A DNA stretch of 64,000 nt, taken from assembly GCA_038087875.1 (NCBI GenBank), contig JAXLNO010002777.1, positions 124,001-188,000 of the forward strand, in the 5' to 3' direction. The stretch comes from Malacoraja senta (lineage: Eukaryota). Positions 1 through 10,328 of this stretch are shown one piece after another; positions within the stretch are counted from its first letter, which is position 1, and every line of letters begins with the position of its first letter. The notes below the pieces were generated by a model. The model was not told where the DNA came from, ran no database searches, and saw nothing but the letters and a program-made list of their open reading frames with translations. The position numbers were made by a program, and so were the translations under genes.

Positions 1-267
1 GTTTCCTGTGTGTGTGTAGGGGGGGGGAAGAGAGAGAGAGAGAGAGAGATTAAACTCCCATCACTCAATAGACAATAGGTGCAGGAGTAGGCCATTCGGC
101 CCTTCGAGCCAGCACCGTCATTCAATGTGATCATGGCTGATCATCCACAATCAGTACCACGGTCCTGCCTTCTTCCCATATCCCCTGACTCCGCTATCTT
201 TAAGATTCTCTATCTTAGAGGGTTTGCAGAGATACGTTGTTCAGAGTTGATTTTAATTCTCGAGCTG

Positions 268-525
268 ACCAACATGCCCCATCTACACCAGTCCCACCTG
301 CCCACGCCAACCAACATGCCCCAAAAATCTACACCAGTCCCACGCCGACCAACATGCCCCATCTACACCAGTCCCACGCCAACCAACATGCCCCATTTAC
401 ACCAGTCCCACGCCGACCAACATGCCCCATCTACACCAGTCCCACCTGCTCACGCCAACCAACATGCCCCATCTACACCAGTCCCACGTCGACCAACATG
501 CCCCATTTACACCAGTTCCACCTGC
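268..525 (+). repeat. Tandem repeat (~34-bp unit accaacatgccccatctacaccagtcccacgcc) expanded from a CR1 3' end
   Basis: About 7 copies. Explains the repetitive ORFs 127-573 and 237-758. A related array lies at 55510-55680. Confidence 0.85.
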
Positions 526-702
526 ATTTGGTCCATAACCCTCCAAAACCGTCCTATCCATATACCCGTCTAAAACATTGTGATAGTCCCAGCCTCAACC
601 ACCTCCTCCGGCAGTTCTTTCATGCACCCACCGCCCCTTTGTGTGAAAACGTTGCCCCTCGGGTTCCCATTAAACCCTCTGGTGCCTCCCACTGGCCGTT
701 AC

Positions 703-884
703 CAGAACTACGATGGGCTTCATGTAGTCGAACTCCTCTGGGTGCAGGAAGGCTGTGAACTCCTCCCGTGTGGCCACCTTGTCCCCGTCCTTGTCCGCCT
801 TCTCGAACCTCCGCACATCTCGTCTCAGCATCTTCCTGTAGCTGGCCTTGTCCTCATCATTGCTCACATCGCTGAATGTCTCAT
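703..884 (-). CDS. RCN3: Reticulocalbin-3-like (CREC EF-hand protein), third coding exon; gene continues off the left edge
   Basis: Translates (D)[60 protein letters not shown], with EF-hand [12 protein letters not shown] and the CREC motif [10 protein letters not shown] acceptor at 886-885, GT donor at 702-701. 182 bp, phases 1/0, consistent with the previous exon. Confidence 0.9.
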
Positions 885-886
885 CT

Positions 887-1500
887 GGGGGGGGGGGGGG
901 AGGGAGAGGATACAGGCTCAGACAGGGTGTGGGGGGGGGGGAGAGGATACAGCTCAGACAGGGTGTGGGGGGGGCAGATACAGGCTCAGACAGGGTGTAA
1001 GGGGGGGGGATGGGGCAGATAGAGGATACAGGCTCAGACAGGGTGTGGGGGGGGGAGGGAGAGGATACAGGCTCAGACAGGGTGTGGGGGGATGGGGCAG
1101 ATAGAGGCACAGGCTCAGACAGGGGTGTGGGGGGGATGGGGCAGATAGAGGATACAGGCTCAGACAGGGTTGGGGGGGGGGGCAGATAGAGGATACAGGC
1201 TCAGACAGGGTGTGGGGGGGGGCAGATAGAGGATACAGGCTCAGACAGGGTGTGGGGGGGAGGGAGAGGATACAGGCTCAGACAGGGTATGGGGGGGCAG
1301 ATAGAGGATTCAGGCTCAGATAGGGTGTGGGGGGGGATGGGGCAGATAGAGGATACAGGCTCAGACAGGGTGTGGGGGGGCAGATAGAGGATACAGGCTC
1401 AGACAGGGTGTGGGGGGGGAGATGGGGCAGATAGAGGATACAGGCTCATACAGGGTGTGGGGGGGGCAGATAGAGGCACAGGCTCAGACAGGGTGTGGGG
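887..1500 (+). repeat. G-rich minisatellite (~38-bp unit gatacaggctcagacagggtgtg(g)n)
   Basis: About 15 copies abutting the RCN3 exon acceptor. Confidence 0.9.
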
Positions 1501-1813
1501 AGAAATGGGATGCTGGCCCAGAGGGGGGGGGGTGGTGAGGCTCTGACCGGGAAACTCAACCAGGACTTTATTCCATGGAGCGCAGGAGGATGAGGGCTGA
1601 TCTTACCAAGGTGTACAAGATCATGGGGGGATTGACAGGGTGAATGCACGGAGTCAGTTACCCGGGAGGGGGATCAAGAAACGGGGTCCATCGGTTTAAG
1701 GCCAGAAGAGAAAGATTTAATCTGAACCCGAGGGGCAACTTTTCCACCCACAGGGTGGTGGGTGACTGGAACGAGCTGCCACGGAGGTAGTTGAGGTTCA
1801 ATAACAACTTTTA

Positions 1814-2460
1814 GACAATAGACAATAGGTGCAGGAGGAGGCCATTCGGCCCTTCGAGCCCAGCACCATTCAATGTGATCATGGCTGATCATCCCAATCA
1901 GTACCCCGTTCCTGCCTTCTCCCCATATCCCCTGACTCCGCTATTTTAAAAGAGCCCTATCTAGCTCTCTCTTGAAAGCATCCAGAGAACCTGCCTCCAC
2001 CGCCCTCTGAGGCAGAGAATTCCACAGACTCACCACTCTCTGAGAAAAAGTATTTCCTCGTCTCTGTTCTAAATGGCTTACTCCTTAATTCTTAAACTGT
2101 GGCCCTGGTTCTGGACTCCCCCAACATCGGAGTCCTGCCTCTGGCGTGTCCCAACCCTTAACAATCTTATATGTTTCATGAGAAACCCTCTCATCCTTTC
2201 TAAACTCCAGAGTGTACAAGTCCCAGCCGCCCCATTCTCTCAGCATATGACAGTCCCGCCATCCCGGGAATTAACCTTGTAAACCTACGCTGCACTCCCT
2301 CAATAGCAAGAATGTCCTTCCTCAAATTAGGACGAAAACTACACACAATACTCCAGGTGTGGTCTCACTAGGGCTCTGTACAACTGCAGAAGGACCCCTT
2401 TGCTCCTATACTCAACACCTCTTGTTATAAAGGCCAACATGCCATTCGCTTTCTTCACTG
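1814..2460 (-). mobile_element. CR1-type LINE 3' fragment
   Basis: Reverse complement of the CR1 3' end seen at 33635-34232 (ggccgaatggcctcctcctgcacctattgtcta tail) plus RT C-terminal sequence. Confidence 0.75.
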
Positions 2461-4736
2461 GAGAGGGACTTTGCTTAGAGGGGGCATCTAGATCAGCATG
2501 GGCAGTTGGACCAAAGGGCCCGTTTCTGTGCCATCTGCTTCTAAAATTAATTTAAATCACCCCAGTGGCCGCATCCCTCGTGGGGAGAGGACACATCCCA
2601 ATGTGCGAGGGATCGCCGTGCAAAGGAATATTTTCATGGCAGAGATAGACAGAGTCTTGATTAGTACGAGTGTCAGAGGTAATGGGGAGAAGGCAGGAGA
2701 ATGGGGTTAGGAGGGAGAGATAGATCAGCCATGATTGAATGGCAGAGTGGAATCGAGGGCCGAATGGCCTAATTTTACTCCTATCACTTGTGACGGAAGG
2801 AATGCAACTTAGTGAAAAATTATTACAGCAGCAATAAAAGAGATTGCAGCGTTCATCGTGAAAGATTAAAGCTCGGCTGGAAGTCGGAGAGATGAGGAAG
2901 TGTAAATAACTGGGCAGCTTCCAGCATGAGGAAGGGCAGGCATTACAAAATGGCTTTTAAAAAAGTGAACAAAAGTACTGCAGACGCTGGTTTAACAAAA
3001 AAAGGAAAAAGTGCCAGAGTGACTGGATCAGGCATAGGCAATAGGTGCAGGAGTAGGCCATTCGGCCTTCGAGCCAGCACCGTCATTCAATGTGATCATG
3101 GCTGGAGAACATGGATAGGCAAATGAAGAAGGGCGCCGACCCAAAACGTCACCTCTCCGTGTTTCCACAGATGCTGCCTGACCCGCTGAGTTACTCCAGC
3201 ACTTTGTATTAAAAAAAAAAAAAAAAAAATGAACACCGATTTAAAAAATCATATCCCAATACAAAGTGAATGAACCAGCTGCATTTGCGGATGCATGCCA
3301 CAAGGGGCAGTGTTGTTGCATGGAGCATAAGGAGCGAGGCTGGTTCTGGAGATAGCGAGTGTTTTGACCAGGATCTCAACCCCCCTCCCTTCCGTGAGCC
3401 GGGCCACAGACTGCCCCCCTGCAGCCACTCCAGCGCACCCAAGGCATCTTTTTTGTTTCACACAGAGGGTGGCGGGGGCCTGGAACACTGCAGGCAGAGG
3501 AGATGAGTTTAACAGCATTGTGTACGGCACGGACATTGTGGGCTGAAGGGGCCTGTTCCTGTGCTGCGCTGTTGTACAAGTGTTTTTTGGCATATGCACT
3601 GGGCAAGGTCAGGAACAATGAGATTGTTATTTACAGTAATGGAGTCGTAAGGCTTTGGCTCATTGAGTCTTCACCAACCATGAAGCGTCCATTGTGACGA
3701 ATCCCATTCCATTTCCCCCTCGTTCTCATTAACTCCTCCCGAGTTTTACCACTCACCTGTGCACCTGCCACAACCTACAGTGGCCAGTTTAGATTAGAGA
3801 TACAGCACGGAAACAGGCCCTTTGGCCCATCGAGGCCACGCAGACCAGCAATCACCCATTCACACTCGTTCCATGTTATCCACTTTCTCATCCCTACGTC
3901 CCTACACACTAGGAGCACCCGGAGGAAACCCACTCGGTCACAGGGAGAACTTGCACACTCCACACAGACAGCACCCGAGGTTGGGATCGACCTGTGTCTC
4001 TGGCGCTGTGAGGCTGCAAACTTGTAGCACGTTAGTTTTAGATTAGAGACACAGCATGAAAGCAGTCCCTTCGGCCCATCGAGCCCATTCCAACCATCGA
4101 TCAGCCGTTCACACCAGTTTCAATGTTAGCTCACTTTCTCATCCACTCCCTACACACTAAGGGGCAATTAACCTGCAAACCCTAAACGTGATAATAACAA
4201 AACTAAATGAGTTGGGCGTTCCATAAACTAGACCATGTTATTGCAAAACACAGGGTACACAGAGCAACCCAACATTAAGTTAACTCCCCAACAAGAGCAG
4301 TAGAGACCGTGGAGGTTTGGTGCTGAGCTGGGGCTGGGTTAGGATTGGGCAACGTTCAAGAGCCCGATGGTTGTTGGGAAGAAGCTGTTCTTGAACCTGG
4401 AGGTCAAGGTTCTCAAACTCCTGCAATAAGAGTGATAGGAGCAGAATTAGGCCATTCGGCCCATCGAGTCTACTCCGCCATTCAATCATGGCTGATCTAT
4501 TTTTCCCTCTCAACCCCATTCCCCTGCCTTCTCCCCGTAACCTTTGACACCCGTACAAATCAGCAACCTGTCGATCTCCAATTTGAAAATACCCAGTGAC
4601 TTGGCCTTCTTGCCAACAGTAGCAGTGAGAGGCGAGTGTGGCCAGGGTGTAGTGGGTCTTTGATGATATTGGCTGTGATTTGGAGGCAGTGCCCGGGCGG
4701 GGGGGGTGGGGAGGCGTGTCTGCCGTGTCTCCATAC

Positions 4737-4930
4737 CCTCGTGGAACCCATACGTGGCGTTCCTGTACTCCTCCCACGATATTTGGCCGTCCCGGTTGGC
4801 GTCGTACTCGTTCCAATGCTTCTTGACATTGTCGTCGACGTACCGGTTCTGTGCCCGCTTGATCCACGCGGTCAGCTCGTCCGCAGTCACCAGGCCGTCC
4901 TGGTCATGGTCAATGCGGTCCACGATTTTC
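4737..4930 (-). CDS. RCN3: Reticulocalbin-3-like, second coding exon (EF-hands 1-2)
   Basis: (G)KIVDRIDHDQDGLVTADELTAWIKRAQNRYVDDNVKKHWNEYDANRDGQISWEEYRNATYGFHE. AG at 4932-4931, GT at 4736-4735. 194 bp, phases 2/1. Confidence 0.9.
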
Positions 4931-5057
4931 CTGGAGGGGGGGGGGCGTGAGAGAACGAACAAACAAGACGGGCAGAAGGTGAGCGGAGGGAGTAAAGGAC
5001 ACGAGAGGATCAGGTCCACAGCCTCGCAACTCCAGAGACCTGGTTGAAGAGTAGAAA

Positions 5058-5870
5058 CAAGGAACTGCAGGCACACATAAAGTGCTGGAGTAACTCAGCG
5101 GGTCAGGCAGCATCTCTGGAGAGAAGGAATGGGTGACCTTGCGGGTCAAAACTCTCCTTCAGACTTTTTGCAGTCTGAACAAGGGTCTCGACCCAAAACG
5201 TCACCCATTCCTTCTCTCCAGAGATGCTGCCTGATTCGCTGAGTTACTCCAGCATTGGTGTCTATCTTCAGTTTAAACCAGCATCTGCAGTTCCTTGCTA
5301 CACAAAGTGTTGGAGTAACTCAGCGGGTCAAGCAATATCCTGGGAGAACAATATCCTGGAGAAACTTCTTGAGGCTCAAGAAGTAATCTATCCATGTTCT
5401 CCAGAGATGCTGCCTGACCCGCTGAGTTACTCCAGCACTCTGTGAAACGTCACCTATCCATGTTCTCCACAGATGCTGCCTGACCCGCTGAGTTACTCCA
5501 GCACTCTGGGAAACGTCACCTATCCATGTTCCGGCATCTATGGAGCGAAGGAAATAGGCAACGTTTCGGCCCGAAACCCTTCCGGGTTTCGGCCCGAAAC
5601 GTTGCCTATTTCCTTCAGGGTTTCGGCCGGAAAGGTTGCCCATTTCCTTTGCTCCACAGATGCTGCCTGACCCACTGAGTTACTCCAGCACTCTGTGAAA
5701 CATCACCTATCCATGTTCTCCACAGATGCTGCCTGACCCGCTGAGTTACTCCAGCACTCTGTGAAACATCACCTATCCATGTTCTCCACAGATGCTGCCT
5801 GACCCGCTGAGTTACTCCAGCACTCTGTGTCTTGTTTTGTAAACCAGCATCTGCAGTTCATCGTATCTAT
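5058..5870. mobile_element. Cluster of Penelope-derived termini: inverted pair plus ~65-bp tandem array
   Basis: 5058-5164 is the reverse complement of 5174-5295; 5385-5830 repeats cacctatccatgttctccacagatgctgcctgacccgctgagttactccagcactctgtgaaac. The Penelope assignment is inferred from the hammerhead-like core. Confidence 0.7.
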
Positions 5871-6974
5871 ATTAAACACTCTTGAAAAGCTCCCACCCCC
5901 AGTTCCCTAACAGCAGGATTTTACAAACTGCCTCTGGGTAATCAAGGGTGTGCACAGTCATCATTGGAAGCGGCTTAATGTTTTGGGGAAATATGTAACA
6001 GATTACTGGTCGGGGCTTCTCTGTTGGATCGCTGGGTGGGTGGAAGTGACTCAGTTCACTGCCACGTGTGAGGCTGCTATTGACAAGTCGCTCCGGTGTG
6101 GGGGTGGGGGGGAAGGGAACCCTCTCACTGCCACCTCAGCTCAGGAAGCAGCCGGCCATGTCAGGGAACTGTGAGGGGGGGGGGGGGGGGGCGGGACGGG
6201 AAACAGAGGCTGGAGTCTTCAATCCCAGGCACAAAGCAAAATAGCACAACTTCAGAAAGATTCCAAACTCCCAGCTTGTCGCAGAAAACACAAACCAGGA
6301 TCCCCGCGGTCAGAGATTGCATCAGGAATCCAGCTCGCAGTTGGAACGTCTAGTGGCCTGGGAAGTCTCAAAACTTTTAAGTTAAATTAAAATTATTATT
6401 AAGTTGAAGGCACAATGTTTAAAGGATTGATAAGTGCCAACATTTTAAGTCAAATTATTATTAAATTGAAGCTGCAATGTTTAGTGGTGTGGAAATGCCA
6501 ACGCTACAGGATTGTTCACTGAAACATCGCAAATGGGCAGAGGTTTATCAGGAGCTCCATCGCCTAACGGTTAAATAAAACGTCCTTCAATAAAACAGAC
6601 AGATGTTATCAACAACTATTAAGGTCGAGAGAACAGGGACAACTTGGCAGCTAGCTGGTGTAATGCTGGCTGGTGTCAGTGTAGCGAATGGGGTGGGGGG
6701 GGGGTCATTGTGAAGGGGATGAGGGGCAATGAAGGGGTACACAAGGAGAGTGTTGTAGGGGAGTCAAAATAGGGGGTGCACCAGGGCTGTCCTTCATCCC
6801 ATCACTTTTGAGGTCTTGTTTTCACTCCTTACCCTTCCTTATCTCTGTGTCCCCTTTTCCCTAACTCTGTCTGAAGAAGGGTCTCGACCCAAAACGTCAC
6901 CCATTCCTTCTCTCCAGTAATGCTGCCTGACCCGCTGAGTTACTCCAGCTATTTGTGTCTATCTTCTGTCACGT

Positions 6975-7137
6975 TGGGGGCAGTTTAGGGTGTGCACTGG
7001 ACCACCAGGGTGGGGGACAGTTCAGGGGGTGCACTGGGCCACCAGGGTGGGGGACAGTTTAGGGTGTGCACTGGGCCACCAGGGTGGGGGGGCAGTTTAG
7101 GGTGTGCACTGGACCACCAGGGTGGGGGACAGTTTAG
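6975..7137 (+). repeat. Minisatellite, ~37-bp unit x4
   Basis: cagtttagggtgtgcactggaccaccagggtggggg repeated. Confidence 0.85.
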
Positions 7138-7200
7138 GTGAGTGTAGCTGCTGTTCAAGGCTGAGATCAGGGGGAGCATTAGCATTGACATAGTGCCTAC

Positions 7201-7427
7201 CCCAGCCTCTCTTTGCTCTCCTCCGGAGTGAGTTGGTCGAAGGTCTGTGCGCCATCTCTCCCCATGAAGGCATCATGATCGAACTGGAAGCCGTTCTGGT
7301 CGTTTGGATCCCGCTCATCCAGGTCCTTGGAATGGTGCACGCGCTCCTTCTTCTCCGAGGTTGGTTTGCAGAATGCCACGGAGGCACATAGGGCCAGCAA
7401 CCCCAACAGGCTCCGCCGCCTCATCAT
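7201..7427 (-). CDS. RCN3: Reticulocalbin-3-like, first coding exon (signal peptide plus CREC N-terminus)
   Basis: [32 protein letters not shown]...[10 protein letters not shown]...[15 protein letters not shown]. Acceptor cttcctgcag lies 3 nt before the ATG; donor gtaggc at 7200. CREC family is certain. The RCN3 call over RCN1/CALU rests on [21 protein letters not shown] and linkage to a paired-less Pax6 paralog. Confidence 0.85.
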
Positions 7428-8994
7428 CGACTGCAGGAAGCACACACACGTTTAGACACGTACAGACACAGGGACTGAGAGCCATGGGCAGGCGAAAAAC
7501 CCAGCACAAACTCCCCCAATCCCCACAGCCTGGCGTGAAATCAGTCACAGCCACCCTGTTCTTTGTCCCACTAATGCTGCTTTAACCAATTGTCAATGTA
7601 TTCAATCAAGAATGCTCCACAGGACATTTCCAATACTGAGGGCACTAAATACAAATTATTATTTTTGTAATGTTACTACTTCCAGGCATTGCATTTCAGG
7701 TTACAGCTTGCACAGGAAACCTCAGTCTTCTTCCCCATACGTGGCCCTTTTGACTGTAACGTAAAGCTTTTCTCTTGTATTACAAACTTTATTGCAGGAC
7801 TAACAATTAAATCTGTCTACTTTTATTTCGGATAAACAACCCCCTCCCAAAGTGATAAAAGAATGTCAGTAGAATATAAATTTTAAACAGCATGGCATGC
7901 AAATGTAATTACATCCATTGCAGGTAATATTGAGGAATTAACAATTACTTTATTATTTATGGGACAGAGAACATGCTGCAAAAGCTGAAGTAGCAGATCA
8001 CACTCCCCTCAAGATTAATCAACAGATATCCCATTACTCGAGTAACTCAGCGGGACAGGCAGCATCTCAGGAGAGAAGGAATAAGGGTCTAGACCCGAAA
8101 CTTCACCCTTTCCTTCTCTCCAGAGATGCTGCCTGTCCCGCTGAGTTACTCCAGCATTTTGTGTCTGTCTGCAGTTCCTTCCCACATACATCTTATTACA
8201 CTACTCCACAAGTTAAGACTGTAAGATTTCCCTTTAACATAAAATCATCTTGGAAGTTTACTACATTGATATATTCAGCATTATTAATGTGCAAGATAAA
8301 ATTATTGTACCCTACTCAAATCAAAAAGGTGTTCATCAAATTTAATGCCAGATAATTGTTGCCACCTTAAAGAATTATAACTGTTCCCAAGAACCGGTTG
8401 ATCAGCTCTGCAGTTAGTGCTTAAACATGCGATAGTCATTTACTAAAATCAAAGTTCAGAATATGCAATACAAAATAGAACCTTTCCATTACCATCTTAG
8501 CGGCATTTATAGATTCTCAGCTCTATTTTGATATCACAGATCCGTCACGATCTTCAGTAATTATTTAAAAATTCTCCCAGAGCTCTCCAATTAGCTTTTT
8601 AAAATCACCCCCAAAACTGTCATTTTATACCTTACAAGTTTTAAATAACATCGAATTGTGCTGAAGCTTTTATCAGCTTGCAAAACAAAACTCTTGACAT
8701 CTCTTTATCGAATTAATTAATTTGATACAGTGAGAGGCACCAAAGCACAATAATAATTCTGATCAATAAAAATCTGAAAGGGAGCTATGTGCAAACTTCA
8801 GAACTCAGCTTTTTTTGCACAAATTAAATTGAAACTCCAAGGTTTTGGGTAATAAAAGTTGAAATGTTTTTACTACAACACACACATACACACACACAAA
8901 ATCAAAGTAGAGTAAACGATTAGCCTTACCAGTGGGGTTATCAATGAGTGTGATAAGAAACTGCAATAATCACGCCCTGGACCCTGAATAAATA

Positions 8995-9200
8995 CTCACC
9001 GCGGCCGGAGAGAGGATTGTAAACTTCCCCAATCAGCGCCGGCCTTTCTCCCGGCTCGTTGGCCGAGCGCCTTTGTCACGGCTCCTGCCATTGGTCGAGC
9101 GTCCCCGGGTTTCCCATTGGCTGGGAATCGCCACGTTGACACGGGGAGCGACCACTGCGCCTGCGCGTCGCACGCGTTGCCTTCTGGTACTTGTAGTCGT
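8995..9200 (-). promoter_or_regulatory. RCN3 proximal promoter (CpG-rich; CCAAT boxes, NRF1-like site)
   Basis: CCAAT/ATTGG at 9029-9033, 9090-9094 and 9116-9120; TGCGCCTGCGC (NRF1-type) at 9156-9166; CpG density far above the flanks. Confidence 0.65.
9000..9030 (-). other. RCN3: Probable non-coding exon 1 of RCN3 (3' boundary at 9000; 5' end uncertain)
   Basis: Strong minus-strand donor G|GTGAGT at 8999 at the edge of the CpG-rich region; a second donor G|GTAAGG at 8929. The first coding exon has its own acceptor, so an upstream exon must exist. Confidence 0.55.
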
Positions 9201-9414
9201 TTTTTTAAATTTATTTGAAAAAAGTTAAAATGGCATCTGTGAAGAAAGAAGAAGGCCAGCATTTGCTAAACAACGTTAAAAGACCAGGATTATAAAAGCA
9301 AAAATGAGAGGAAAAGCGAGTTAAAACGACCACGCGTGATGGGCATGTCATCCTGCCAATGGTGTTTGGCTTTGGTTTGATGGACGTGGCAGTTAGTGAA
9401 TGGGGGCAGGAACA

Positions 9415-9740
9415 GCCCGCCCTCTGTTAGGGCCGACCAATCACAGCGCTCCGGGGCTCGGCAAGGTCCCGCCCTCTGTCAGGGGGTCGACCAATCATAG
9501 CGCGACGGGGCCCGGCGAGGTCCCTCCCTACGTCAGGGTCGCCCAATCACAGCGCTCCGGGGCTCGGCAAAGTCCCGCCCTATGTCAGGGTCGACCAATC
9601 ACAGCGCGTCGAGGCTCGGCATAGTCCCGCCCTACGTCCGGCTCGACCAATGATAGTGCGATGGGACTCGTCAAAGACCCGCCCCCTGTCAGGATCGGCC
9701 AATCACAGGTCGCCGGGGCCCGGCGCGGTCCCGTCCCCCG
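9415..9740 (+). promoter_or_regulatory. Tandem array of six ~52-bp GC-box + CCAAT units in the FBXO47-side promoter
   Basis: CCAAT at 9437, 9491, 9543, 9595, 9647 and 9699 (spacing 54,52,52,52,52), each preceded by cccgccc or ccctccc. Confidence 0.85.
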
Positions 9741-9779
9741 GTGATTGACGGGCTGGTTTGGGCGGGAGCGTGGCGGCGG

Positions 9780-9935
9780 CGAGTTGTTCGCGGGTGGACG
9801 GGCGGGCGGGCGCGAGGCCGTAGGCGGCGCTGCAGCTCAAACCATCACCTACTGTAAACAAAGCCTGGAGGCACCAACACTATAGGCCACACAGGATAAG
9901 GTGGCTGCTCTATATCTAGCTCGCCAAACAAGGAG
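9780..9935 (+). other. FBXO47: Probable non-coding first exon of FBXO47 (5' end uncertain)
   Basis: GC-rich sequence directly downstream of the CCAAT array, ending at donor GAG|GTGAGG (9936). The first coding exon begins right after an AG, so an upstream exon is implied. Confidence 0.45.
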
Positions 9936-10291
9936 GTGAGGAGTGAAAACAACATAATTATGGAGGAAAAGAAACAATGAAGACTTATTTTTCCGTCAAA
10001 AGCCCGCAAATCTCTTTAAACAAAAACAGAACCCAAGCTGTTGCAACTATTCTTTCTGTCAGAAGGGGTGTTGTTCTGGTGCCAGGCTGCATGCACCCTG
10101 CGGAAATGGGTTGGTGAGGGAGACTTGTCTTGAACCAACCTTTAAAAGTCAATGCAAATCCTTGCAGCGAAGTCCTGAGAGGCTGCAGGTCAATCTGGTG
10201 GAAATATCTATCAAACTGCAGCTGCTTGAAGCCCTTGGGGGGAAAACCCCCCAAAAATGCTGGAATTACTCAGCAGGTCAAGCAGCGTCTG

Positions 10292-10328
<37 letters not shown>

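Noticed and set aside
127-758. Pro/His/Thr-rich ORFs of 148-173 aa
   Set aside because: Translations of a CR1-derived tandem repeat.
5385-5830. CRISPR-like regularly repeated units
   Set aside because: Eukaryotic locus; contiguous tandem units without unique spacers; no cas genes.
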